Source: an uncultured Oscillospiraceae bacterium (lineage in GTDB: Bacteria > Bacillota > Clostridia > Oscillospirales > Oscillospiraceae). Taken from it: DNA of 56,883 nt. Location: positions 1-56,883 of the forward strand of contig CALWYI010000001.1 of the NCBI GenBank assembly GCA_944385715.1, written 5' to 3'. Shown one piece after another: positions 9,526 through 19,354 of the stretch (positions are counted from its first letter, which is position 1; each line of letters opens with the position of its first letter). A program made the position numbers and the translations under genes. Under the pieces are notes generated by a model, which was not told the DNA's origin, searched no databases, and was given only the letters and a program-made list of their open reading frames with translations.

Positions 9526-11010
9526 TTACACCTCCAGGGGCCCGCAGTTGGCCAGAACCCGGTCAAACCGCTCCAGCACGTCGTCGATCATCTCCTCGGT
9601 GTAGGCGGCGCTGGTGTAGAGCCGGGAGCCTGCCAGGGTGACGATTCCCTCGGCCATGTAGGCCGCGCCCATGTGCTCCATCTCCTTCTGCCGGATGCCG
9701 GTCTGTTTGAGAATCTGGGGGATGGTCCAGGGCTTCTTCCAGTCGATGGCGAAGTGCATGGTGCCCACGCTGTCCAGGTGGCAGATAGAGCCCTGGTTGA
9801 AGGCCACAAAGGGGAGGTTGTACTTCTGAATCCGCTCCTGGAGCCCCCGGGTCAGCCGGTCGCCCATCCGCCCCGCCACCTCGCAGGCGTTGGTGCGCTC
9901 GATCTCGCAGAGGGTGTAGTAGCCAGCCACGCAGGAGATGGGGGTGGCGGCCATGGTGCCGCCGCACATGGCCTTGGCCACCTTCTTGCCGGAGGAATCC
10001 AGGCCTGCCCCCAAATGGGCCATACAGTCGGCGTGCCCACCGATGCCGCCGGCGCCGGGGTAGCCGCCGGCGATGATCTTGCCGAACACGGTGAGGTCGG
10101 GGGCCACGCCGAAGTAGCCCTGGGCGCCGCTCAGACCGATGCGGAAGCCCGTCACCACCTCATCGAAGATCAGCAAAGCGCCGTAGTCCCGGGCCAGTTT
10201 GGCGGCGCCCCGGACGAACTCCCTGCTGACGGGCCGGGTGCCGCTCTCCGGCCCCACGGGCTCGATGTACACGGCGGCAGTGCCGCCGTTGAGGCGGTTG
10301 GCCCGGAGCTTGCGCTCCAGGTCCTCCAGGTCGTTGGGGAAGAACTCGTCGGTGTGCTTGAACACATAGCCGGGCACACCCTTGGAGAGGAGGCCCCTGG
10401 TGCCGGGGATGCGGATGCCGTAGGAGAGCTGGTCGGACCAGCCGTGGTAGGCCCCGCCCATCTTCAGGATGTTCTTGTGGCCGGTCTTGAGCCGGGCGAT
10501 CCGGGCGGCGCACATGTCCGCCTCGGTGCCGGAGCCCAGCATCCGGAACATCTCCACCGATGGCACCAGGTCGGAGATCTTCTTGGCCAGCTTGTACTCG
10601 TACTCGTGGAAGAGGCCGGTGGAGGGCCCGCAGGTGTTGAGAAGGTCGATGACCTGCTCCCGCACGGCGGGCACGTTGCTGCCCAGGATGGTGGGGCCGC
10701 CGGCCTGGAGGAGGTCGTAGTACCAGTTGCCGTCGATGTCGTAGAGCTTGGCCCCCTCGGCTTTGGTGATGACCAGAGGGAAGGGGTAGTTGAAGGCCAG
10801 GTTGTGCTGGACCCCGCCGGGGACCACGGTCTTCGCCTGGGCGGTCATGGCCTTGGACCGGGGGCACTTCCCGTTGAAATAGTGCTCCACGTAGTCCGCC
10901 AGCTTGTCCCGCCGGATGGAGTAGACCGGCTTCCGGATCAGCTGATCCAGCTGCCCCGTCACCGCCGCCGCGTCCAGATATATGTCGATCGCAAAGCCGT
11001 TGTACGCCAT
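9526..11010 (-). CDS. class III (GSA aminomutase-like) PLP aminotransferase
   Basis: Start moved to MAYNGFAIDIY (ATG 11010-11008, AGGAGG RBS); GSGTEA, GGAYHGW, FDEVVTGFR, FGKIIAGGYP (PLP Lys); the 629-aa listed ORF is an upstream extension without RBS. Confidence 0.85.
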   Translation of the reverse strand: MAYNGFAIDIYLDAAAVTGQLDQLIRKPVYSIRRDKLADYVEHYFNGKCPRSKAMTAQAKTVVPGGVQHNLAFNYPFPLVITKAEGAKLYDIDGNWYYDLLQAGGPTILGSNVPAVREQVIDLLNTCGPSTGLFHEYEYKLAKKISDLVPSVEMFRMLGSGTEADMCAARIARLKTGHKNILKMGGAYHGWSDQLSYGIRIPGTRGLLSKGVPGYVFKHTDEFFPNDLEDLERKLRANRLNGGTAAVYIEPVGPESGTRPVSREFVRGAAKLARDYGALLIFDEVVTGFRIGLSGAQGYFGVAPDLTVFGKIIAGGYPGAGGIGGHADCMAHLGAGLDSSGKKVAKAMCGGTMAATPISCVAGYYTLCEIERTNACEVAGRMGDRLTRGLQERIQKYNLPFVAFNQGSICHLDSVGTMHFAIDWKKPWTIPQILKQTGIRQKEMEHMGAAYMAEGIVTLAGSRLYTSAAYTEEMIDDVLERFDRVLANCGPLEV

Positions 11011-11054
11011 AAAAATACCTCCTGTCACCGCAGAAAAACGCCCGCGACATTTTC

Positions 11055-11070
11055 GTGAACCAATATTCAC
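11055..11070. promoter_or_regulatory. candidate operator palindrome GTGAA-N6-TTCAC upstream of the aminotransferase operon (possible TetR site)
   Basis: gtgaaccaatattcac, perfect 5-bp arms, 45-60 nt upstream of the start at 11010. Confidence 0.3.
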
Positions 11071-11199
11071 ACTTCCTGAAAACAGGGTACCATAGCCGGC
11101 TGGTCCTGTCAACCGCTTTCCGGGGAGAGAAGCGGCGCCGGGGGACAGGGCGGAGGCGGCGGCAGCCGCGCTTTTTGCCGATATCACGGGGCGGGCGTA

Positions 11200-11228
11200 T
11201 TGCGTCCGGGGACAATTGGGGATATACT
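11200..11228 (+). promoter_or_regulatory. candidate sigma-A promoter for MATE gene
   Basis: TTGCGT - 17 nt - TATACT. Confidence 0.5.
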
Positions 11229-11333
11229 GAAAAAAACAGAATGACGAGGAAATGGCTTCCGGAGGAGGCCGGCTCCCGCCGGAACGCGCGGCAGCCGGAG
11301 ACGATACGGACAGCCATGGAAGGGACGGAACGT

Positions 11334-12722
11334 ATGCGTGAGACGCCGCTGACAAGTGAGAACCCCCTGGGGTATGAGAGGATATCCAGGCTCCTGCGGA
11401 ATTTCGCGGTCCCAAGCGTCACGGCGACGCTGGTGGGCTCGCTGTACAATATCGTGGACCAGATCTTCATCGGTCAGGGGGTGGGCTATCTGGGGAACGC
11501 GGCCACCAATGTGTCCTACCCCTTCTCCACCATCTGCCTTGCCATCTCCCTGCTGCTGGGGATCGGCGGTGCTTCCCGCTTCTCTTTGTGCCTGGGGCGG
11601 GGGCAGCCGGAGAAGGCGGCCCGGATCGCCGGCAACGGCATTGTACTGATGGCCGCCTCCGGGGCGGTGTACCTGCTGATCGGGGAGGCGTTCCTCACGC
11701 CGCTGCTGCAGGTCTTCGGGGCCACGGAGGAGGTGCTGCCCTACGCCCAGCAGTACGCGGGGATCACCCTCCTGGGCATGCCCTTCCTGATCCTCACCAA
11801 CGGCATCAGCAACCTGATCCGGGCGGACGGCAGCCCCCGCTACTCCATGACCTGCATGGTGGCGGGAGCCATCGCCAACACCATCCTGGACCCCATCTTT
11901 ATCTTTGCCTTCCACTGGGGGGTATTCGGCGCGGCGCTGGCCACGATTCTGGGCCAGATTCTCTCCTTCTTCCTGGCGGTGCGGTACCTGTGGCGCTTCA
12001 GGACCATCACCCTCACCCGGGAGAGCTTCCGGCTGGATCTCCGGGACGACCTGCGGACCATGTACATGGGGATCAGCAGCTGCGTCAACCAGGTGGCCAT
12101 CACCTTTGTCCAGATCGTCCTCAACAACTCCCTGACCTACTACGGCGCGCTGTCTGTCTACGGCAAGGAGATCCCCCTGGCGGCCTGCGGCATCGTCATG
12201 AAGACCAACGCCATTCTCATCTCCATCTTTGTGGGCATCGCCCAGGGGGTGCAGCCCATCATCGGCTTCAACTACGGCGCCCAGAAGTACGACCGGGCCC
12301 GGCAGGCCTACCTCCTGGCCATCAAGTGCAGCTTTGTGGTCTCTACCGTCGGGTTCTGCCTGTTTCAGTTCATTCCGGGACCCATCATCTCCCTTTTCGG
12401 CAGCGGAGACGCGCTGTACTTCGAGTTTGCCATCCTGTTTATGCGGACGTTCCTCTTTATGGTGATTGTGAACGGGGTGCAGATGCTCTCCTCCAACTTC
12501 TTTACCGCCATCGGAAAGGCCCTGAAGGGACTGCTGCTGTCTCTGACCCGGCAGGTGTTTTTCCTGATTCCGCTGATCCTGCTGTTGCCCCTGCGGTTCG
12601 GGATCTTCGGCGTGCTGCTGGCGGGGCCCATCGCGGATTTCATCGCCTTTGTGGTCTCGGCCCTCCTGGTGCGCCGGGAATTCACGCGGCTGAAAGCCCA
12701 GGAGCAGATGCTGAAAAGCTGA
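11334..12722 (+). CDS. MATE-family efflux transporter
   Basis: MRETPLTSENPLGYERISRLLRNFAVPSVTATLVGSLYNIVDQIFIGQGVG canonical MATE N-terminus, 12 hydrophobic segments; alternative ATG 11316; listed start 11055 is an extension. Confidence 0.85.
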   Translation: MRETPLTSENPLGYERISRLLRNFAVPSVTATLVGSLYNIVDQIFIGQGVGYLGNAATNVSYPFSTICLAISLLLGIGGASRFSLCLGRGQPEKAARIAGNGIVLMAASGAVYLLIGEAFLTPLLQVFGATEEVLPYAQQYAGITLLGMPFLILTNGISNLIRADGSPRYSMTCMVAGAIANTILDPIFIFAFHWGVFGAALATILGQILSFFLAVRYLWRFRTITLTRESFRLDLRDDLRTMYMGISSCVNQVAITFVQIVLNNSLTYYGALSVYGKEIPLAACGIVMKTNAILISIFVGIAQGVQPIIGFNYGAQKYDRARQAYLLAIKCSFVVSTVGFCLFQFIPGPIISLFGSGDALYFEFAILFMRTFLFMVIVNGVQMLSSNFFTAIGKALKGLLLSLTRQVFFLIPLILLLPLRFGIFGVLLAGPIADFIAFVVSALLVRREFTRLKAQEQMLKS

Positions 12723-12738
12723 GACATGGCCGGAAAGA

Positions 12739-12770
12739 GAGCCGGACAGGCAATGCCTGTCCGGCTCTTT
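12739..12770. terminator. bidirectional intrinsic terminator between convergent genes
   Basis: 13-bp stem gagccggacaggc/gcctgtccggctc, ttt tail on + strand. Confidence 0.65.
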
Positions 12771-12805
12771 GCGTACGGTGTATTTTGCCGAAAGAAGCGG
12801 GGCGT

Positions 12806-14992
12806 TTACCGCTCCATCAGGCGGCAGAGCATGGCGGCGGCCTGTCCCCGGGTGGCGGCGGCGGTGCCGTTGTAAGTGCCGCTGATGAGGCCCAGACCCT
12901 GGGCCAGGGCGGCATAGCCCAGCTCACCGGCGGGGATGGCGGCGCGGTCCGTGTAGGAGCAGGTGAAGATCCCCTCCAGCCGGGCTACGGAGCCGTAGCC
13001 CGCCGCGTCCAGAAGATACCGCACCAGCTCGCCCCGGGTGAGGACGGCCTCGTCGTCCCGGCCCTCCCGGGACAAAATCCCCATCTGATAGGCGATGGCG
13101 TAAACCCCGTCACGATCCTGCTCCGGGTCGGCGGGATCGATGGGGGTGTAGCGGAGGCTGTAGAGCAGGCACACCAGATCCCACTGGGTCAGCTCCTTGG
13201 CATGCTGGAAGACGCCGCCGGCATAGCCCACGTTGAACCGGGCCAGCCGCAGCACGTCCGTCTCCGCCCAGGTGCCGGCAATGTCGCTGTAGGTGAGGCC
13301 GCTGTCCGCCGTCTGCCAGGCGTAGCCCACGGGCTCACCGCTCTTGGCGCCGATGCCCCGGAGGCTGTCCTCCCGCTCCAGGGCGTAGCCCAGCTTCAGG
13401 TGGTAGAAGGAGGCAAAGCCCATCTGGATCAGCCGCTGGGACACGGCATCGGAGCCGGTAAGCGTCTCCGGCACCAGCAGGTAGCCCAGGGTCACCGTGT
13501 AGGTGTCCATCCAGGCGTCCAGGGCGGCGTCGGCGGAGAGGACGCCCTCCGGGGAGGCGAAGGTGACGGCCTCGTCGTAGTAGTAGGAGAGGCCGCACAC
13601 GGAGCCGTCGGTGGCGTCCACGCGGACGGTGTAGTACTGGTCCGGGAAGAAGCAGCCGTTCTCCTGCCGGGCGAAGCGGAAGGACCAGGCGGAGACGGAC
13701 TGCTCACTGTCCAGGGGCCCGGCCTCCTGGCCGGGGGTCTCATAGAGGGCCAGATGGGAGAAGCGGTCCGGGAAGCGGGCCTTGAGGAAGGCCTCCGCCT
13801 TCGCCTGGGCCTCCTCCTGGGTGAGAACGGCCTTGTCATCCTCGGTCCAGGGGATGTAGGAGGAGAGCCGCTGGACCTCGCCGGTGCGGGCGTCCACGGT
13901 GAAGCTGCGGGTAGCTACGCCCTTGTCGCCGGACTTGCTGTAGCGCAGGGCGCAGGTCACGGGAGCGGCTTCGTCCCCCTCCGCCGTGCCCACGCTGAAC
14001 CGGGCGGACACCAGTTCATAGCTGGCAAGGCCGTACTCCGTCACGGCCCGGAGAGCGCTGTCCAGGGCCTGAGAGGAGAGGACCCCCTCCATCTGGGCAA
14101 TGCCCGCCTGCTCCGCCTCGGAGAGGGATTCTTCGGTTTCGGCGGCGGCGGTATCCGAGGCGGCGCCGCTGTCGCCCGCCGCGCCGCCCATGCCGGCGAA
14201 GCGGTACATCTCCTCCTCCAGGGCGGTCAGGTCCACCAGCTTCCCGCTCTGGGCGTCCACGTAGAACTCATGGCCGGAATTGGGGAGGTAGCACAGTACC
14301 GCCTGGGTGCTGTCGCTGTCGGGGAGGATGTACTCCAGCCGCAGGGACAGGGTGGACTTGAGGGCCGCCGCGGCGTCAGCCTGGGCGGTCTTGGCGTCAG
14401 CGCCGGGGATGTCCCCTAGGAACATGGTCCCCGGGGCATCCCGCCAGAACCGGGTCACCTGGTTGTCGGAGGCGCGAACGGTGAGGGAGTAGGTGAGGGG
14501 GGAGGGCAGGCCGTTGAGGAGGATGGTTCCGTTGAAGCGGAAGGTGGTGCTGCTGAGGCTGGTGGGCTCACTGGGGTCCTCCAGCACCACGGACTCCACG
14601 CCGGGGGTCAGCACCCTGTCCAGGAAGGACTGGGCGGCGGCTTTCGCCTTCGCCGGGTCCCCCTGGGGGAAGGTGGGCAGGCCCTCCTGGCTGCCGGACT
14701 CGTCCATGTTGTCATAGCGGTAGTAGCTGATGATGGTGCCGTCGTCCAGGGCGGACACCGAGAGGGAGCCGGTCTGCCCGTCCCAGTAGAGGTCCCACAG
14801 GGCGGTGAGCTCCTGCTGGTCGTAGTCCCCCTGGAAATAGGAGTAGTCCTCCGTGTCCAGGGCCAGGGCGGACTTGACGGACTGGGTGATCGCGGTGAGC
14901 TTCGCGTCGGCGTCCTCCTCCGCTGCGGCCGCCGGCAGGGCGGCGCCGGTGAGCAGCAGGACGCTCAGAAGCAGGGAGAGCAGCTTCTTCAT
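12806..14992 (-). CDS. secreted multi-domain protein (PepSY-like repeats, C-terminal SLH-like repeats)
   Basis: Start moved to MKKLLSLLLSVLLLTGAALPAAAAEE (signal peptide; GGAGGA RBS); repeated AEAFLKARFPDRF...-type modules; C-terminal GELVRYLLDAAGY / TRGQAAAMLCRLM SLH-like segments; domain calls are by eye. Confidence 0.6.
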   Translation of the reverse strand: MKKLLSLLLSVLLLTGAALPAAAAEEDADAKLTAITQSVKSALALDTEDYSYFQGDYDQQELTALWDLYWDGQTGSLSVSALDDGTIISYYRYDNMDESGSQEGLPTFPQGDPAKAKAAAQSFLDRVLTPGVESVVLEDPSEPTSLSSTTFRFNGTILLNGLPSPLTYSLTVRASDNQVTRFWRDAPGTMFLGDIPGADAKTAQADAAAALKSTLSLRLEYILPDSDSTQAVLCYLPNSGHEFYVDAQSGKLVDLTALEEEMYRFAGMGGAAGDSGAASDTAAAETEESLSEAEQAGIAQMEGVLSSQALDSALRAVTEYGLASYELVSARFSVGTAEGDEAAPVTCALRYSKSGDKGVATRSFTVDARTGEVQRLSSYIPWTEDDKAVLTQEEAQAKAEAFLKARFPDRFSHLALYETPGQEAGPLDSEQSVSAWSFRFARQENGCFFPDQYYTVRVDATDGSVCGLSYYYDEAVTFASPEGVLSADAALDAWMDTYTVTLGYLLVPETLTGSDAVSQRLIQMGFASFYHLKLGYALEREDSLRGIGAKSGEPVGYAWQTADSGLTYSDIAGTWAETDVLRLARFNVGYAGGVFQHAKELTQWDLVCLLYSLRYTPIDPADPEQDRDGVYAIAYQMGILSREGRDDEAVLTRGELVRYLLDAAGYGSVARLEGIFTCSYTDRAAIPAGELGYAALAQGLGLISGTYNGTAAATRGQAAAMLCRLMER

Positions 14993-15219
14993 GTTCATTC
15001 CTCCATTTTCTCTCGTAGTTTCGCCTTGACCATATCTTACCATACAAATAGACGAAAACAAACTGCCGATGTTCCTCCTGCTTGGAGAAATTTCCAAATA
15101 AACGCTCTGCTGCCCGCTCCAACCCCGTGCAGCAGGGGAAGGGACGAGGAAGAAAAAAGGACCCGCGCCTCTCCCATTGAGAGCGCGGGTCCCGATCCTA
15201 TAAACAATGGAATTGCCGC

Positions 15220-15864
15220 TCAGCGGATGATCCGCTGGATGTCCTCGCTGCGGCCCAGCACCAGCAGGTGCTCGTCCTCCTTGAAGGTGTAGTCCGGGTG
15301 GAGGTTGGGCCGGATCACGTCGTCCTTCACCACACCGATGACGGTCATGTTGTACTTGACCCGGAAGTTCAGCTCCTTGAGGCTCTTGCCCAGCCACCGC
15401 TTGAGGGGCTGGAGCTCATAGATGGAGTAGTCGGCGTTGAGGCGGATGCAGTCGAAGATGTTGTCGGAGCTGGCGCTGACGGCGATATTGGAGGCGATCT
15501 CCCGCTCGGGGTAGATGACCTCGTCGGCGCCGTTGCGCAGAAGGAACTTGGCCTGGGTGTCGTCGTCGGCCTTGCTGAACACCCGCTTGGCCCCCAGCTC
15601 CTTGAGAAGGCTGGTGATCTGGAGGCTGGCGAGGACGTTGGAGCCCATGCAGACGAAGCAGGCGTCGAAGTTGTCCACGCTGAAGGAGCGCAGCACCTCC
15701 TCGTGGGTGCAGTCGCCCACCTTGGCGCTGACCACGTAGGGCAGCACGTCCTCCAGGGCCTCGCCCGCCTTATCCACCACCATGATCTCACAGCGCTGCT
15801 GGGCCAGGGCGTGGCACAGGTGGTGGCCGAAGGAGCCCAGACCGATGATCAGAAATGACTTCAT
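15220..15864 (-). CDS. trkA: K+ uptake system NAD-binding subunit TrkA/KtrA
   Basis: MKSFLIIGLGSFGHHL Rossmann GxGxxG, TrkA-N + TrkA-C layout, immediately downstream of TrkH gene. Confidence 0.85.
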   Translation of the reverse strand: MKSFLIIGLGSFGHHLCHALAQQRCEIMVVDKAGEALEDVLPYVVSAKVGDCTHEEVLRSFSVDNFDACFVCMGSNVLASLQITSLLKELGAKRVFSKADDDTQAKFLLRNGADEVIYPEREIASNIAVSASSDNIFDCIRLNADYSIYELQPLKRWLGKSLKELNFRVKYNMTVIGVVKDDVIRPNLHPDYTFKEDEHLLVLGRSEDIQRIIR

Positions 15865-15883
15865 TTGCAGATACCTCGCTTTC

Positions 15884-17239
15884 TCAGCCGATGGTGATCC
15901 GTTCCCTGGGGAGGGTCACGGGGGGAAGGGCCTTCTTTTCCAGCAGGGCCACGGCGAAGGAGATGCTGCCCACCCGGCCGCAGTACATCAGAAAGATGAT
16001 GACCGCCCGGCTGACGGCGGTGAGACTCCGGGTGACGCCGGTGCTCATGCCCACGGTGCCGATGGCGGAAAAGACCTCAAAGAGAACCTCTGTCAAGGGT
16101 AAAGACTGTACACCGCAGATCACCAGCGTGCCGCCCAGCACCAGGAACAGGTTGGTGAAGAGCACCGACGTGGCCTTCTTCAGCGCGTCGTCCTCAATGC
16201 TGCGGCCGAAGACGTTGGTGCTCTGCTCCCGCCGGACGCCGGCAATGGTGTGGAGCAATATTACCGCCACGGTGGTGGTTTTGATGCCGCCGGCGGTGGA
16301 GCCGGGGCTGCCGCCGATGAACATGAGGACCATCGTGAGTAGGAGACTGCCGGAGCTGAGGGCGGCGGTGTCCGTGGTGTTGAAGCCGGCGGTGCGGGGG
16401 GTGACCGCGTCGAAGAGGGCGCAGAGAATCTGCTCCCCCAGAGGCCGTCCGGCCCCCAGGTTGCTGCGCTCAAAGAGGAAGAAGAGAAGGGCGCCGCCGA
16501 AGATCAGCAGGGTGGAGGTGGCCAGGACCACCTTGGTCTGCAGGCGGTAGCGCCGCCAGCGCAGGCCGTTGTGCAGGAGGTCGTCCCACACCAGAAAGCC
16601 GATGCCGCCCACGGTGATGAGTCCCATGATGGTCAGGCTCACCAGGGGGTCCCCGGCGTAGGCCACGAAGGAGGAATACTCGCCGCTGTGGGGGCCCATG
16701 AGGTCGAACCCCGCGTTGCAGAAGGCGGAGATGGAGTGCCACACGCCGTAGTAGATGCCCCGGCCCGGGCCGTACTGAGGCACGAACCGCAGGGACAGGA
16801 GGGCCGCCCCCAGTCCCTCCGCCAGCAGGGTGCCGAAGAAGATCCGCTTGACGAAGGGGACGATGCCGCTGAGCTGGTAGTGGCTGATGCTGTCCACCAC
16901 CACCTCCCGCTGCCTCAGGCCCAGCCGCCGCCGCAGCAGCAGCATGAACAGCGTGGCGATGGTCATGAAGCCCAGGCCGCCCACCTGGATGAGGGCGATG
17001 ATCACCACCTGGCCGAAGGTGCTCCAGTAGGTGCCGGTGTCCCGGACCACGAGGCCGGTGACGCAGGTGGCGGAGGTGGCGGTGAAGAGGGCGTCGCCGA
17101 AGGAGGCGCCGCCGGGGGTCTGGGTGGATACCGGCAGCATCAGAAGCCCGGTACCTGCCAGAATAATAAGGAAAAAGCCCAGGGCGATGATCTGCAGGCT
17201 GGAGAGCTTGGCTTTTCTCGGCCGTTGTCGTTCCTTCAT
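15884..17239 (-). CDS. trkH: K+ transporter membrane subunit TrkH/KtrB
   Basis: Start moved to MKERQRPRKAKLSSLQIIALGFFLIILAGTGLL; repeated pore-loop motifs (TATCVTGL, NAGFD, RTAGFN, VGMSTG). Confidence 0.85.
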   Translation of the reverse strand: MKERQRPRKAKLSSLQIIALGFFLIILAGTGLLMLPVSTQTPGGASFGDALFTATSATCVTGLVVRDTGTYWSTFGQVVIIALIQVGGLGFMTIATLFMLLLRRRLGLRQREVVVDSISHYQLSGIVPFVKRIFFGTLLAEGLGAALLSLRFVPQYGPGRGIYYGVWHSISAFCNAGFDLMGPHSGEYSSFVAYAGDPLVSLTIMGLITVGGIGFLVWDDLLHNGLRWRRYRLQTKVVLATSTLLIFGGALLFFLFERSNLGAGRPLGEQILCALFDAVTPRTAGFNTTDTAALSSGSLLLTMVLMFIGGSPGSTAGGIKTTTVAVILLHTIAGVRREQSTNVFGRSIEDDALKKATSVLFTNLFLVLGGTLVICGVQSLPLTEVLFEVFSAIGTVGMSTGVTRSLTAVSRAVIIFLMYCGRVGSISFAVALLEKKALPPVTLPRERITIG

Positions 17240-17500
17240 AAGAGATGGACCCTCACTAGATCCCCGCTGCGGGACGAAAGGGGAGAACCTTCTTCCGAAA
17301 CCACGGCGGATAATGACGCACGGGGGAGCGGCGGCCGCGCGCGGTCCCCGCTCCCACAATATCTGGTATGCATGGTACCACACATCCAATAGGAGCGCAA
17401 GGGCTCCGCCGCCCTTTTCACGGGAAATTCACAGGACCGGGAAGGAAGAAACGCCCGGCCGCGGCCAGCCGGGCGTGAGGTGGATTTTTCTGACAGAGGG

Positions 17501-18727
17501 TCAGCGGGAACCGGGAATCACGGGCTTTTCCGGCACAGGCAGGTCTTCGTCCGCAGGCGGTTCCCCGGAGACCTCGGACGGTTCCCCGGGGGCGGACGGA
17601 GCGGTCCCCTCCGGCTGGGCGGGTTGGGCCGCCCCCTCGACAGGCGCCTGTTGGTCCGGCTGCTGAGATTCCTGGGGCTCCTGGGGCTGTTCTTCGGCGG
17701 AAGGTTCGCTGCCGGCGGGGGCCTCCGGCTCCGGCAGGGCGAGAGGCGTGTCCGTCCTGCCGTGGGTGGTGAAGTAGGTGTAGCCGTAGAACTGGCCGGG
17801 CTGCAGCAGCTCCCCGTAGTAGTACGCCATCAGCTCGCTGACGGTGACCAGCTGGTAGCCCTGCCGGATCAGCCAGGGGACCAGGATCTTCACCGCCTCC
17901 ACGGTGGTCTCATAGGAGCTGTGGAGCAGGACGATCTCCCCGTCCAGGCCGGGCAGGGACTGGACATAGGAGACGACCTTGCCGGTGTCCCGGCTCTTCC
18001 AGTCCTCGGTATCTATTGTCCAGGTGATGACGCTGCGGCCGGTATCGTGCTTCACGGCGCTGTTCACCGCACCGTAGGGCGGGCGCAGCAGGGTGGGGGC
18101 AAAGCCCACCGCGTCGATGAAGGCCTGGTCCGCGGCGGCCAGGTCGTTCATGAGGGCCTCGGCGCTGAGCTTGCTGAGGTCCTTATGTACATAGGAGTGG
18201 CTGCCGATCTCGCAGCCCAGCTCCACCATCCGGCTCAGGGGCTGGGGACAATTGGCCACGTTGCGCCCCACCTCAAAGAAGGTGGCCACGGCGCGGTTCT
18301 CCTCCAGGATATCCAGGATCATGTCGGAGTAGGCGGCGTTGGGCCCGTCGTCAAAGGTCAGCGCCACCATGGGCTTGGTGGGGTCCACGGTCCGGGGACT
18401 CTCCGGGGACGCAGCGTTCTCGCCGCTTGCGCCGTCCGCTGACTCCGGGGCCGCGGGGAGCTGCCCGGGATCAGAAACCGCCGGCTCTCCGGAGGAGGGC
18501 TCGGATGTTTCCGGCTCCCGGGAGGTGACCGGCTCCTTTTCCGGCCCCTTCTCTGAGGGAGAATCGTCGCGGGGCGGATGGGTTCCATGGAGCAGCTGTT
18601 CGTCGTGATCGGACGGGGCGCTGGATGACGTATCGGTACCGCCGCCGACGGCAGAGACCGGACCGACGCAGGCGGTACAGCTCAGGATCAGGGCGGCGGA
18701 GAGGAGAAAAGCGAGCAAACGATTCAT
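17501..18727 (-). CDS. polysaccharide deacetylase (NodB-domain) lipoprotein with Pro/Glu-rich tails
   Basis: MNRLLAFLLSAALILSCTAC lipobox; ALTFDDGP, HSYVH NodB motifs. Confidence 0.85.
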   Translation of the reverse strand: MNRLLAFLLSAALILSCTACVGPVSAVGGGTDTSSSAPSDHDEQLLHGTHPPRDDSPSEKGPEKEPVTSREPETSEPSSGEPAVSDPGQLPAAPESADGASGENAASPESPRTVDPTKPMVALTFDDGPNAAYSDMILDILEENRAVATFFEVGRNVANCPQPLSRMVELGCEIGSHSYVHKDLSKLSAEALMNDLAAADQAFIDAVGFAPTLLRPPYGAVNSAVKHDTGRSVITWTIDTEDWKSRDTGKVVSYVQSLPGLDGEIVLLHSSYETTVEAVKILVPWLIRQGYQLVTVSELMAYYYGELLQPGQFYGYTYFTTHGRTDTPLALPEPEAPAGSEPSAEEQPQEPQESQQPDQQAPVEGAAQPAQPEGTAPSAPGEPSEVSGEPPADEDLPVPEKPVIPGSR

Positions 18728-18765
18728 GGCGGGGACTTCCTTCGACAGAATTTTACATATACCCC

Positions 18766-18794
18766 ATTATCCATGGAACCGCCGCCGAAAACAA
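18766..18794 (-). promoter_or_regulatory. candidate sigma-A promoter for the deacetylase gene
   Basis: minus strand TTGTTT - 17 nt - GATAAT. Confidence 0.45.
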
Positions 18795-18826
18795 GAGGAA
18801 ATTGGTAACAGTTTGGAAACCAATAA

Positions 18827-19180
18827 TTACAAGCCGTCCCCCTGGTCGTGCCGGGGCTTGTAGGGGGCGTACCAGATGTTCCAGTGGAGGGAATAGGCCC
18901 GGTAGACCGACTCCCCGGCGCAGAGGATGGTGAGACGCTCCGCCTCCGGATGGTCGTAGAGGAAGTCCATTACCGCCTTGAGGACCACCGGAACCGCTTT
19001 TTCCACGGGAAAGCCCATGGAGGCCGTATCGAAACAGGAGAGGGTCAGGGAGCGCTCCCCCTGCTCCAGGGACCAGGCCAGCTGGGATACGCACCACCGG
19101 GCCAGATCCTCCGGTGCGGCGAGATAGATGAGGGGCATGGGCAGGTGATCCTCCCGCCGCAGGGTGACTTTTTGGGTCAT
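18827..19180 (-). CDS. hypothetical protein, resembles the C-terminal half of a macro domain
   Basis: 117 aa; ...SMGFPVEKAVPVVLKAVMDFLYDHPEAERLTILCAGESVYRAY resembles macro-domain ...GxYGYPxExAAxIAxxxVxxFL....VxFVCF..E.Y.. segment; similarity judged by eye only. Confidence 0.5.
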   Translation of the reverse strand: MTQKVTLRREDHLPMPLIYLAAPEDLARWCVSQLAWSLEQGERSLTLSCFDTASMGFPVEKAVPVVLKAVMDFLYDHPEAERLTILCAGESVYRAYSLHWNIWYAPYKPRHDQGDGL

Positions 19181-19354
19181 GACTAAGACCTCCTTAACGA
19201 GATGTTTACATAATTTACAGTTTCTTCATGAATGACATCGGTTTGTAACTTGAGGGAAAGCCTGGAATTTGGTATACTGAGTCCCAGAAAGGAAGCCGCC
19301 CGGCCCCGGACCACGGTGGGGAGGCGGCATTTAGACAGGAAAGGAGACTATAAC

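Noticed and set aside
9526-11415. N-terminal extensions in the ORF track for several genes: 9526..11415, 11055..12722, 12806..15397, 15884..17389, 19232..20032, 22056..23312, 26903..27649, 28106..29485, 34048..34629, 41686..42819, 44389..45912, 48342..50201, 50071..50856, 50703..52088
   Set aside because: Internal starts with good Shine-Dalgarno sequences give proteins whose N-termini match family expectations. The upstream parts are Arg/Pro/Gly-rich and overlap promoters or neighbouring genes.
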